64,000 nt of DNA from a virus (lineage: Duplodnaviria > Caudoviricetes), in IMG/VR virus record IMGVR_UViG_3300017774_006743, positions 10,322-74,321 of that record; one strand, given 5' to 3'. The translations under genes and the position numbers were made by a program. This document shows, in pieces, positions 18,857 through 29,400 of this stretch. Every line of letters begins with the position of its first letter. The stretch's first letter is position 1. The notes beneath the pieces were generated by a model. It did not search any database. It saw only the letters and a list, made by a program, of their open reading frames with translations, and was not told the DNA's origin.

Positions 18857-19123
18857 ATGGTAGTTACAAAGAAACTAAAAACCCACCCGAAAATTCAGGT
18901 AAAGTTAAAAGACAAAACAGAAGAGATGTCTGTGGAAACGTTTGCCCGGTGGATGTGTCTAATAGAGGCAATTGATTGTATTCAAAGAAAGTGTGAAGAC
19001 GATAATATTAACATCGAAAAGATAGATTGGGTCAAACCAATTGCTATTCAACATTATATTAATGAAAGATTCCACTCAATGGTGCATGATGTTACTGTTG
19101 AACATCGATTGGGTAACATTTAA
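18857..19123 (+). CDS. Hypothetical protein
   Basis: 88 aa ORF with its own promoter. Confidence 0.7.
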   Translation: MVVTKKLKTHPKIQVKLKDKTEEMSVETFARWMCLIEAIDCIQRKCEDDNINIEKIDWVKPIAIQHYINERFHSMVHDVTVEHRLGNI

Positions 19124-20094
19124 TTACAGGCAGACAAGCCTGTAACAAAGCCGTCAAGGACGGTATATGTGATATTATCATACACAAATCCCCCGGTGTA
19201 AAGGATTGATAATAAATTGTCAATATATAGAGGCCCATCAGTTAAATCTCCTGAACTTGGACCAAATAATGTGGTTGTATTGATCTGATCACAATCAATA
19301 AAAACAATATAAGTTATAACAGCAGTTATGTATTTTGGTACATCCGGAATTGATGCTGATACTGTATAATATTGCGTAGGGAGTAAGCAATCCATGCAAA
19401 GATCAGTCACAATTGGAGTAAATGCAGTTGTTGTATATGTTGGAACAGTTGAAACACCTTCATGGAGTGGCTGACGCAAGTAAAGAACAGATTCTTTCCA
19501 CCCAAATGTTGTTGATACTGGGGTGGTAAATGAATAACCAACATAGAACGCTGAAGAATCAACAACACTTAAATTTACATTAACTGAAGTAAGTGGGATA
19601 TATGAAGATACATCACTTGATCGCCAATCGATATACAGCGTGCGACCAACGTTACCAAGTCTGAATCGCAGAGTTTGGTAGTTTTCTGTGAATGAAAGTA
19701 GATCAAGGGAGCTAGCTAAAGCAGAGAGTGGGGCTGAGTAAATTAAGTTAAAGTCTGGAAACCCCCCACGTACCACAAGCATATTAGCTTGTCGAGCGGA
19801 TAATGCGATGCCATCCCTTCTAGAAGCATCCGGATAAGTAAATGTTGTTGCAAACAACCCGGTTGTATCAAACCCAACACATACTTTTGCCCCAGATAAT
19901 CCGGTTTGGCCACTATAACCAACATCAATTCCTGTCCCTGGAGATGTGAATGTTGTTCTATCCGTTAAAAAGGTTGTCCACCCCCCGGAACTGTTGGTGT
20001 TTCCAGATAATAAAAACTGTACTGACCAAGTTATATCATAATTCGGATTAAAATCATGATTGTATAAGATAGTCGATGTGCGTGGAGCTGCCAT
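19120..20094 (-). CDS. Putative virion protein with an L-type lectin/ConA-like domain
   Basis: All-beta pattern with GGWTTFL...VCVGFDTTG (GxxFDT-like), VGYSFTT; late-type promoter. Confidence 0.5.
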   Translation of the reverse strand: MAAPRTSTILYNHDFNPNYDITWSVQFLLSGNTNSSGGWTTFLTDRTTFTSPGTGIDVGYSGQTGLSGAKVCVGFDTTGLFATTFTYPDASRRDGIALSARQANMLVVRGGFPDFNLIYSAPLSALASSLDLLSFTENYQTLRFRLGNVGRTLYIDWRSSDVSSYIPLTSVNVNLSVVDSSAFYVGYSFTTPVSTTFGWKESVLYLRQPLHEGVSTVPTYTTTAFTPIVTDLCMDCLLPTQYYTVSASIPDVPKYITAVITYIVFIDCDQINTTTLFGPSSGDLTDGPLYIDNLLSILYTGGFVYDNITYTVLDGFVTGLSACN

Positions 20095-20129
20095 GTAAGA
20101 CTATTTAATCCCTATAATTATATACCACA

Positions 20130-20384
20130 TTATTGGGTGGTGGAACACCAATCTTTAAACGCTTCATATCTTTCAGCATCATAAGATATATCCACAATCT
20201 CATCTTGTTTCCCATCAAAGGCGTATTCAATATCAACCAATTTTGAATAGATATCAACAAGAGGTTTAAGATCTAGGATATTATCATGGAATTCATTCTG
20301 CCAATGCTTATCAATAAATTCCCGAAGTGTTATAACATCTCGAAGTGTTATATTATCAAATTCCATTATGGTATCATTACTCAT
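20130..20384 (-). CDS. Small acidic hypothetical protein
   Basis: Start moved to ATG 20384. Confidence 0.55.
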   Translation of the reverse strand: MSNDTIMEFDNITLRDVITLREFIDKHWQNEFHDNILDLKPLVDIYSKLVDIEYAFDGKQDEIVDISYDAERYEAFKDWCSTTQ

Positions 20385-20428
20385 GTATTGATTTATTGTT
20401 ATAATACGGGTAATCAATAAATATTAGT

Positions 20429-20653
20429 ATGGATGTTATTGGTTTAATTAAAGAAGCTCTAAAACTATTCGGTCAACTGTTTAGGTTTTATAAAGAGAAG
20501 CAAGAAAAGAAGGAAGTAGAAGATACAAAGAAGGAGCGAATAAAAGAGCTTCAGGATATTGTTGATAACCAATCTGAAACTGAAAGACAAATTAACAAAG
20601 GAGAAATTGATGAGCTTAATAAGAAATTTGGCTGGGATCCTTCTAATAAGTAG
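20429..20653 (+). CDS. Possible inner-spanin-like coiled-coil protein
   Basis: Amphipathic N-helix plus charged coiled coil, overlapped by a lipoprotein gene; late-type promoter. Confidence 0.45.
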   Translation: MDVIGLIKEALKLFGQLFRFYKEKQEKKEVEDTKKERIKELQDIVDNQSETERQINKGEIDELNKKFGWDPSNK

Positions 20654-20867
20654 TCTAGTATCCTGTACAACTACTGTTGAGTATGTGAAGATTCAACATC
20701 CCGCGATGCCCATTGAACCAGAATGGATAAAGTTCTCAAAACAACCAATAATTGAGAAGATTGCGGATACTTTTATTGTGACCGATCAGTTTGTTGAAAA
20801 AGCAGCACAGCAGAACGAATATGTTCAGCGTGTTCGTAAGTGGAAAGCTATTAATTCTGTCCCTTAA
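20610..20867 (+). CDS. Lipoprotein, possible outer spanin
   Basis: MSLIRNLAGILLISSLVSC lipobox, Pro-rich segment; AAGGAG 6 nt upstream; starts inside the previous gene. Confidence 0.55.
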   Translation: MSLIRNLAGILLISSLVSCTTTVEYVKIQHPAMPIEPEWIKFSKQPIIEKIADTFIVTDQFVEKAAQQNEYVQRVRKWKAINSVP

Positions 20868-20883
20868 TATTAAAGGACATCCA

Positions 20884-21768
20884 CTAAACTACCACATCCA
20901 CTAATCTACCTTTAATATATAAATTTAGCCCCTGAACTGGTATAAGAGTGTTTATGTATGTTACATTTAAATATATCCGTTCTCCCCTACTAATACCAAC
21001 TGGTAAACCAAATGTCTCAAACGTCGATGTCTGGTTATCACCCATAGTCAGCGTTGATCTTAAGGTGTTAGCTACATAGACATTAACCTCTATTTCACCA
21101 TTACCAAAACCATCAATGGGTGGGCGTCTTGCTGTTAATATAACTTCATCAATATAAAAATCGCTAAAGTATGATACAAACGACCCAGTACTAAGAGTAG
21201 GGTTATATGACCCATTTGTACCGGTCAGTACATTACCAGATATACTATATATTAATGCATAGTGTGGTATTGAAGAAGAGTATGTATATGCTGTGTCCCA
21301 GCTAGCTGATTTACTATTAACAGTAGAATATACATTGTTTGCTTTTGCAGATATTGATGTTGTTACAGCATATCCTGCTCCATGCGCCGCAGAAGTAGAA
21401 CGAACTAAAGAATACAGGCTATTATAAGAAACAACATTAATATTTGTACTAATCGATACCCAATCTGTAACGATTGTACCAACCCCTGTTTGAATGTAGT
21501 AGAGCGTACTTGCCGCTGAATCATAAGCTATATCACCCACAACCCCGGGGACTGTTGGTAATGAAGTGAGGTTAGTTGTATAGCCAAGAAATTTATTTCC
21601 AACAACGTTTCCACCGACTGTGGACCCATCACCAATATATAGTCGTTTTGTATCAACAGTATATCCAGGTTCCCCTTCTGATAATGTTGTTCTAATTCTA
21701 TCAGAGTTTGACCCTTTCCGAACTATTAATTTTATGAGAGAATTATCGAAAATTTCTAATTTAGCCAT
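20884..21768 (-). CDS. Tail fibre/spike protein with an Mtd_N-like N-terminal domain
   Basis: VRKGSNSDR...LSEGEPGYTVDTKRLYIGDG. Start at ATG 21768, 8 nt after TAAATA. Confidence 0.7.
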   Translation of the reverse strand: MAKLEIFDNSLIKLIVRKGSNSDRIRTTLSEGEPGYTVDTKRLYIGDGSTVGGNVVGNKFLGYTTNLTSLPTVPGVVGDIAYDSAASTLYYIQTGVGTIVTDWVSISTNINVVSYNSLYSLVRSTSAAHGAGYAVTTSISAKANNVYSTVNSKSASWDTAYTYSSSIPHYALIYSISGNVLTGTNGSYNPTLSTGSFVSYFSDFYIDEVILTARRPPIDGFGNGEIEVNVYVANTLRSTLTMGDNQTSTFETFGLPVGISRGERIYLNVTYINTLIPVQGLNLYIKGRLVDVVV

Positions 21769-21787
21769 TATATGGTTATTTAGTTGA

Positions 21788-22756
21788 TTAATATGTGAAT
21801 ATAGGAATCGCAATCCGCTTTCCAAGTAACCCATCCCCGGATATACTTCTATTGAGAGTTATGAATCCAGCTGAGGATAGTTGTACAGCCGCTGTTGTTG
21901 TTGTATTAATAGCACAAAGCACTATAGTTGTTGTTTGGTTTACACCACTTCGAGAAAGGCGACCACCAAATGCTGCACTAAGTGATGAATTACCACTGAA
22001 TACACTTAAATTATCTTTGAATGTGGTGTTTCTTGCATTATAATTTCCATAATCTATACTAAAGAAAGAGTGTTCAATACCGATACCTGTAGTTGGAAGG
22101 GTAAAGTTTGACATTCCAAGAGTTGTTCCATCAGATACATCAAAATACATCTCATCGACGTTAAATAGAAGCCGAGCATTTGGAAGAGTCTGTTGTTTGA
22201 CAGTTACTTTATTACCAGTGTAATCTAGATAGTTTGTATCAATGTTAGTTGCTAGCCCTGTATTTGATGCGGTTAATCCAAGTCCGACCGTTGATGGTGC
22301 CGCCGCAGATAGATATAACGTTTTTGTTGATATTTTACCCCCAATTTCTTGGATTGTTACATTATCTACAATTGCTTGTGATATTCCTGCTGTTAACCCC
22401 TGAATAAGCACTGTTAGCCGATTAGATCCATCATATCTAATAGTAGAATTGTCGATTTGAGGAGATATTTGAACCCACCCCGATGATACGGTTGGGTCTT
22501 GACCAGATAATTGATAAAGTAATGAATTTTCAAGAACTATATCTCCGGTAACAGCACCTGTGATCCCGGTTTTTGTTGTTGTTGGTGGAAAAGACTTATT
22601 ACCAACAACAACACCTCCACTAGTTGCAGAATCACCAACAAAAACACGCTTTGTATCAGTTGTATATCCTAATTCCCCCTGATCGAGAACAATTGTTCTT
22701 CTTTGTGTATCAGTACCACGACGTACTTTTAATTTAATGAGGTCTATGTTAGGCAT
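21788..22756 (-). CDS. Tail fibre/spike protein with an Mtd_N-like N-terminal domain
   Basis: VRRGTDTQR...LDQGELGYTTDTKRVFVGD; N-terminus paralogous to the neighbour. Confidence 0.7.
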   Translation of the reverse strand: MPNIDLIKLKVRRGTDTQRRTIVLDQGELGYTTDTKRVFVGDSATSGGVVVGNKSFPPTTTKTGITGAVTGDIVLENSLLYQLSGQDPTVSSGWVQISPQIDNSTIRYDGSNRLTVLIQGLTAGISQAIVDNVTIQEIGGKISTKTLYLSAAAPSTVGLGLTASNTGLATNIDTNYLDYTGNKVTVKQQTLPNARLLFNVDEMYFDVSDGTTLGMSNFTLPTTGIGIEHSFFSIDYGNYNARNTTFKDNLSVFSGNSSLSAAFGGRLSRSGVNQTTTIVLCAINTTTTAAVQLSSAGFITLNRSISGDGLLGKRIAIPIFTY

Positions 22757-23238
22757 TACAGTTTATTTAATCCTTGAAATTGTTCTTCTTTTTCTCGAAT
22801 TGTATTAACATATTCAAAGTTGGGATTTGTTTGAAATTTTTCTTTATCAGCAGCGTAGGAATCAGTTATATTTGTTATTACCTTCTCCATTCTCTTTAAA
22901 TCTTCATCATCGACGATCTTTAACAGAGCTTTCCGGATGATATTGAGCTGGTCATGAATGTCATACCCCTGTCTTATGATTTTATCTGTACAAATCCGCT
23001 TTTGTTCTGTCTCGTATATAGTAATCTTTGTATCATAGTGTTCTTGCTGGGAGAGAAAGACGTTATAATCCATGGAATCATAAGATACTAGCTTTCCTGT
23101 ATGTACATCTCCAATCCACACACATCTCTCTGGGGGTCCTGGGAGGGTCATGATATCTTTCTCGATATAACCAGATAGGCCGAACGAATCATCAGTAAGG
23201 CAAAGGTATTTTCCTGTGTTGTCAAAAATTGCTTTCAT
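22756..23238 (-). CDS. Hypothetical protein, possibly a fibre assembly chaperone
   Basis: Coupled to the fibre gene; helical C-terminal half. Confidence 0.55.
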   Translation of the reverse strand: MKAIFDNTGKYLCLTDDSFGLSGYIEKDIMTLPGPPERCVWIGDVHTGKLVSYDSMDYNVFLSQQEHYDTKITIYETEQKRICTDKIIRQGYDIHDQLNIIRKALLKIVDDEDLKRMEKVITNITDSYAADKEKFQTNPNFEYVNTIREKEEQFQGLNKL

Positions 23239-23702
23239 TTTCCAATTACTAAACTATATCTTTGTTCTTTCACGGGGTTAATCCAATGCCATGCAAGGGG
23301 ATCAAAGATAATCTCTTGTCCAGCATGGTCTAAAATGTGAATAAATGTATCTCCCGACTCAATACACAACCCATCCACTTGGGAAGATGTGAGATTAAAC
23401 AATCTCAGCTGTGACACATAGTTATCCTTGTGTGGAAGTATGAAATCACCAGGGTCATACCGTTGTATCTGTATAAATGAGTAGTTAAACTCATTTTCTG
23501 GTACATTTTTGAGGACCATCTCCTTCAATTCTTTAGGCATGTTATTGTCTGATAACGTTTTAAATCGGGAACGACCAATAAAGTTTACAAAAGGTGTTTC
23601 TGAATAACGACATGTAAACTTTAGTTGGTTTCCTTTGATAAAATTCAGGATATCACTGCTATTAGCAATTACATCTTGTTTTAATTCAGCCACAGTAGTC
23701 AT
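23235..23702 (-). CDS. 2OG-Fe(II) oxygenase-like protein
   Basis: IQRYDPGDFILPHKD (HxD), distal WHWI, RYSL. Confidence 0.75.
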   Translation of the reverse strand: MTTVAELKQDVIANSSDILNFIKGNQLKFTCRYSETPFVNFIGRSRFKTLSDNNMPKELKEMVLKNVPENEFNYSFIQIQRYDPGDFILPHKDNYVSQLRLFNLTSSQVDGLCIESGDTFIHILDHAGQEIIFDPLAWHWINPVKEQRYSLVIGK

Positions 23703-23741
23703 GACATTATTAAGTCATGTATTTGGGATTATCAAATATTT

Positions 23742-24563
23742 TTAGGTAACATTTTGATCTACATACGTGTTGTATAGCTCACCAGCAATTTGCTCCCCAG
23801 CCCCTAATTGATTTACATAAGTTACCCAGCTACTACCATCAAAATAGTATTTCTCAACCTCATATCTTAGATTAGCAGATACAACAACATTTTGGGAATA
23901 ACTAATCACTGCAAACACACCCCTATTTCCATAATGTCTTATCCCAACAACCTTTAGAGTATCACCAGCTATCCTATCTTGATAATAAGCCCCGGGGTAT
24001 GTGTTGAGAGTGGTAGCAGTTATTGGCATATAAGTATCAACATTTATGGTTGTATTTAACTCACAAAAGATCACTCTATCTTTTGTGACCCTAAGCAATG
24101 CTCTTGTAAAAGGTACGAGCTGAAGTGTATTATTTGCCCCAAGCACCATAACAGATGAAAGAGGTGATACAACAGCTGTTGTTGGATAGGTATATCCCCC
24201 GGCTGTTAGTGTTTGTGTTGATAGAGCCTGTACAGCAGCACCAATAATTGGTTGTGAATCATATGTAGTGGTTTTCTGACGAATAAAATCAGAGTTTGGA
24301 TCGTAACTCCAATGCATTCTTGAATCAATAATGTTACGAATTTCAGCACCACTGAGATATAGTGTACCACATGCTGACAGATTACAGTAAACACTCATGC
24401 CAGAACCTTTCTTCCCAATTGCAATTGAGGTTTCATGACCAACGCCATCATACAACATCACCACTTCACCATTTAATCCGGTACCTGATAGTTGGGACCC
24501 CTGAGAGTGTATAACACCCTGGTAGGTTTCAGCAATATATTCGTCTGTGAGTGTAATAGGCAT
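23742..24563 (-). CDS. Putative virion/tail protein
   Basis: TAAATA 6 nt upstream; Ser/Thr/Gly-rich, beta-like. Confidence 0.55.
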   Translation of the reverse strand: MPITLTDEYIAETYQGVIHSQGSQLSGTGLNGEVVMLYDGVGHETSIAIGKKGSGMSVYCNLSACGTLYLSGAEIRNIIDSRMHWSYDPNSDFIRQKTTTYDSQPIIGAAVQALSTQTLTAGGYTYPTTAVVSPLSSVMVLGANNTLQLVPFTRALLRVTKDRVIFCELNTTINVDTYMPITATTLNTYPGAYYQDRIAGDTLKVVGIRHYGNRGVFAVISYSQNVVVSANLRYEVEKYYFDGSSWVTYVNQLGAGEQIAGELYNTYVDQNVT

Positions 24564-24579
24564 TTAAGATATTTAGGGT

Positions 24580-26493
24580 TTAGTCTAATATTAACAAACT
24601 ATTATTAAATCTTGGTGATGGAATTAGCTTATTCGAATCAGGACCTGTGAAGCTTAGCATTTCTGTTTGTAAATTATGGATAATACCAAGAGATCTATTA
24701 ATTGAAAGGGGTGTTATGGGTTCATTTTCATGAACATACACATTTTCCATATCAATATCACTAAATTGTTCTTGAATATAGTTGTATCCTCTTATTCTAA
24801 ATACCCCCGCATCATTTGTCTCTTCAAGAGTATCAACTTGGTCAAAATCATTATTAAACTGACCTCGAAGGTTCTGATAGAGTATGATCATGTCTCGCAA
24901 CACTTTATAAATTTCTTTATTAATGTTTGATGCTTGGACATAATCATATGCGTTTAGTTCAACAGATTCTATACCATAATTTTCGTAATTCTCACAGAGC
25001 AACACTCTATCATACTCATTTGGTTCCAAACAACCATAAAATCTTCCTCGTTTTGATATGAATATCATATCCCCATCTTTTAAAGACGAATTCAACGACA
25101 TCCCCTTGAAATCCATCCGGTTTGATTCATCACCGCCATGATTCCAGGTGAAGTTTGATTGTCCAAACTTTATTTGGCAATAATTCCATATTGGTCTCTT
25201 AATTAGAAACATTCTATCATATGAAAATCTTCCAATAGTCTTCGTTGGATCATTTGCTGTCTTCTTGTATACATGTTTGTTTGTGACAATATAGAAAATA
25301 TTAGATTCATTTTCACTAAACAGAATTCTCTTAAATTGCTTATCAGGGTCCCACAGAATATCTAAAGCAACCTTGGAAAGAACACGATGTTGGTCGTTAC
25401 TATCCATGACATACATATAATACACTTCGTCTTTTGATGTTATGCAATAGAAGTTCTCTGTAAAATTATTATAACCAATACATAGTACTGTTTCTTTAAA
25501 TGAATTAACGCGACGGAATGTAGATATGTGGTTAAAATTTGTATCAAACTTCTTAAAGAAAGTATTTCCACTATCCCACACATAAATTGCTGATCCTCCT
25601 GGAGCTAACAATGTTGGTGTATTGAATTTAGTTTTATTTCGACCAGTCCCACGACCCCCAATAGATTCAACAAGGATTCGTTGGTTTGTATTAGATTGTG
25701 ATACTAATAACCGAGATACATCGTACTTATGGATGAGATCATTCCCAGAGTCACAGACAAACATATGCTTTCCAACACGACATGTATCGGTAATGTTAGA
25801 ATATTCGAAATCATTATTGAAATCATCAACATATGTAGTTTGAATTGATATATCAAAAGCTCTTTGATCAAAATCCCCAGTTAAAGCAACAAAAGTTGTT
25901 GGTGTACATCCAATTATGGTAAAAGACTGCTCATCTGGTGATAAAATGCTTTCAATTGATATAATACTATCAAGAACCCCATACTTTTCAGATGTAAACA
26001 TCTGAATTGGTGCTTCCCCATTTGGTCTATCAACAAAAGTGGTATCAAAGTTATATGTTTCAACAAACGCTGGGGGTATCCACGTTGGGGCTGTGCTAAG
26101 AGCATTGGTAAGACCACTATAGAATAAGACATTCTCTGGAATAACACCCTTTGGTGCTATCAATTTTGAATAAAGGTATGTCGTATTATCATAAATCTTC
26201 TTGAGCTTGCTGTTTATTACCTGGGATGTTACATATTCATTAGGTTGTATCAATATATCATTGAGATTATTTGGTATTTCTGGGTTATCACGCCCAGTTC
26301 TATCAAAAAATAAAGAAGAATTGATGATATCGGTCCGGAATGAAGGCTTTTCCACCAATACTTGCGTTGTTTCATCCGCAACATATGCATTATACACCCC
26401 ATTATCTTCATAAACGGTATACTTCCCTGTGTAATCTTGACCAGATAAGGTAAAACTATCACCTGTTGTGTATCCAAATTTAATTTTATTCAT
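24580..26493 (-). CDS. Putative virion protein with NHL-like beta-propeller repeats
   Basis: MFVCDSGNDLIHKYD, AIYVWDSGNTFFKKFD. Start moved to ATG 26493, overlapping the upstream stop. Confidence 0.6.
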   Translation of the reverse strand: MNKIKFGYTTGDSFTLSGQDYTGKYTVYEDNGVYNAYVADETTQVLVEKPSFRTDIINSSLFFDRTGRDNPEIPNNLNDILIQPNEYVTSQVINSKLKKIYDNTTYLYSKLIAPKGVIPENVLFYSGLTNALSTAPTWIPPAFVETYNFDTTFVDRPNGEAPIQMFTSEKYGVLDSIISIESILSPDEQSFTIIGCTPTTFVALTGDFDQRAFDISIQTTYVDDFNNDFEYSNITDTCRVGKHMFVCDSGNDLIHKYDVSRLLVSQSNTNQRILVESIGGRGTGRNKTKFNTPTLLAPGGSAIYVWDSGNTFFKKFDTNFNHISTFRRVNSFKETVLCIGYNNFTENFYCITSKDEVYYMYVMDSNDQHRVLSKVALDILWDPDKQFKRILFSENESNIFYIVTNKHVYKKTANDPTKTIGRFSYDRMFLIKRPIWNYCQIKFGQSNFTWNHGGDESNRMDFKGMSLNSSLKDGDMIFISKRGRFYGCLEPNEYDRVLLCENYENYGIESVELNAYDYVQASNINKEIYKVLRDMIILYQNLRGQFNNDFDQVDTLEETNDAGVFRIRGYNYIQEQFSDIDMENVYVHENEPITPLSINRSLGIIHNLQTEMLSFTGPDSNKLIPSPRFNNSLLILD

Positions 26494-29400
26494 CTTTATA
26501 GTATTCAAACTTAATGTCGTTAATATTTACATTACCAGGGAGGTATTTCTTGATATTAATTAGTATTTTATCTTTAATACTAGCCTGGAACTCCGTTGAT
26601 GTGATTGAGGAGTTCTTCACGATTACATCAATATCGGTAGATTTACTTGTTGGTGGTTGGAAGAAGAACATTCTTCTAATTTCTTCAATGTTATTTCTTT
26701 GACCACATGGGAGAGTGAGTGTAAGATCTTGTATTTTTCGAGATTCTAATAGAAGTGATTGGACCTCATAGTCTTTTAAAGGGACATTATAGAGTTTAAC
26801 ATTGGATATTGTTGCATCGTTGATAGTATAGTGATTTTTTTGGTTAATCACAGCCATCAATGATGTATTATTGACCATCCCCGCTGTTCCAATGAATATA
26901 TCATCATAGAACAGATCATCCAACCGATACTTAGCCGGGTCAAAGGTAATGTTCCCGAGTTTTTGATAATTATTGAATATTGTGAAGTTCCCCTGGTTTG
27001 TATCACATCTCAAGATAAATGTCCCATTATTTGATAGGTCGGAAGTGTTAATATCAATGTATTCTGTAACAATGTCTTTTCTATCATAGAGATTAACAAG
27101 AGCAATTGAAATCCTTATGGTATCACTTGAACTCCCATGGTCGAACAAGTTATAGTTAGACAAGACATAGTTGTTGTAGTCAATATAAGAGACATCAGCT
27201 GTCAGATTCATGATTTCTACAAGATCCTTGTTGTATTTTGTAATGTTGATGGTGTTATCAACATTTGATTTTGATACATACAATATTTCCGTGTTGAGCT
27301 CCCCAGTCTCATCAAATTCACTGATGGTATCAATACGAATTGGTGAAGATGATAAGGAATCAATGCGTGCTGAGGCAATAAGTCGTCGATTCTTTGTGAG
27401 TTTTACGAGATTGTTAGTGTTTACAACATAAACACACTGCTCATCATCGATAGTGCATAAGGTATTTGAAGAAAGGCTTGATATAAACGTTTCTTTTGTC
27501 TTATCCCTGAAGTTATACCGGAATATTTCATTACCTCCCGATACATAACCATATGTTGTGTCATACTTTATGCACTCCCCAGCAATTCCATATACAATAT
27601 CATCATATATTGTTAAGCTCTGTAATGCTTCATCAGGAGTAAATGGTGTTACCTCGTATGCCCCTACTTCAAGTGTTGTAAGATTGAGGCAAACAGCAGT
27701 TCCATCAGCATATAAGAAGTATGCGGTGTCATCATCTTGTGTCCATCCCACATACCCTGCTGCTAACGTCGTGATTAGGTATTGCTTTAGCACTCCCCCG
27801 GTAGACACCCTGTATATTGACCCTTCATTATCGATGATAATTAGATCCTTAAGGTATTTTGATATGATAACTGTTTTGATTGTGATTGGTGATAAGGCAC
27901 CAATTAATATAGTTTCAAATAAGAAATTTAAGTCTGAATTATAGACTTTAAGTTTGTTACCATCAATTATGTAAATAAATGGTGTTATCTTGTAGTTTTT
28001 GAATATACCAAACCCATATTGATAGGTATTCCCAATTAATTGGTAGAAGTCATTGGTCTTCCAATCAATGTTGTAATCAAACTTAAGGGTGAATGAGTTA
28101 TACTTGTTAATCGTTGAAGATGGAATAGAGGCAAACACATTCCCTGTGAGTTCTAAGGTTGTGAGTGGGGTATCATATGTTGTTATACCATTAAATGTAT
28201 TTGTTTTACTAATTCCATCGATGGCTAGCCCCTCAATCTCGGAATTATAAGTGGTAATGTCTGTATTTCCTATTCTATGATATTCATACCACTTATTTGG
28301 AGCTAATACAACATCTGACTTCTTATCAAATATTGGTGATTTTAAGATGTTTGCTGTATATTCAGCATTATTACTAAGAAGCTTCTCAATATCATCACTA
28401 AACGTTGGTGCATACACCGGAAGTGCTGAAAATGCTTGTTGTTTTGTTGTTAGATCTGGGATATAATACCGATCCACCCAAACACCCTTGGTGTTTATAT
28501 CACCAGCTGATAACCATGTGGTGAGATAACGACCTCCCTTGTATTCACTTGTCATTTTATCAGCAGATACAATGCGATCACTTATTGATGGTGTTGAACC
28601 CCCAAAACTTCCATTGACTGCAAAGGTTGAGTCGTTAATATTCAGTTGTTCGTAGGGGTAAAGTGAAGAACTAGTTTGGAATAAGGTAACTTCCCCAGGT
28701 GCTACATATATGTCCTTACTAAACATAATGTAATTCAATGTAATGTGGGGATAACCAGTTTCATCATCATTCCCTGTGGTTATAGTTGTGTACTCTCTGT
28801 GATTAACTGAAGGAACCTCTGGAACCGGATTGTCAAACACTGCCCCTCTGTTGATAGTGTTGGTATCAGTAAATATATTCTTTAGCTTTAAGTCCCGGAA
28901 CTTCTTTATAGCTGGATCATTTGAATATTCAAACGTTAGAAGGTGGTTACCCTTGATATTAAACCGGGATTTTGTGTCATTAATATGTCCATCTTCAATG
29001 TTATCAATATTGTATGATACCCACGATGTATTAATTTTTGGATCAACAGAATTAACCACCTGAACCTTAAGCAAATTGCTATTAATAAAGCTTCCTGTTG
29101 CAACTGATGTCAATGTGAGATTAGATGATTCTGAGGTAACCTCATATACAACCACCCCAGACACACTAGTGAGAGGCTTATAAAGAGATAGATAACCATC
29201 ATCTTGGTCATATAAGCAGTAAAATGTTGTGTTATCAACACCAGAAGGTGAAATACAGAATGTTGATGGTGTCTTTGTGAAGAAAAAGTCATGATCGTCA
29301 AAGACACCCGGTTCATAAGCAAGATAAAATATGCTATCATCAACACAATGGCGGATTTTACAATATAATGAATCAATAATAACAATTTCAAAGTATGAAT

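Noticed and set aside
20884-22756. Diversity-generating retroelement suggested by Mtd_N domains
   Set aside because: No reverse transcriptase and no template/variable repeat pair differing at adenines seen in the window.
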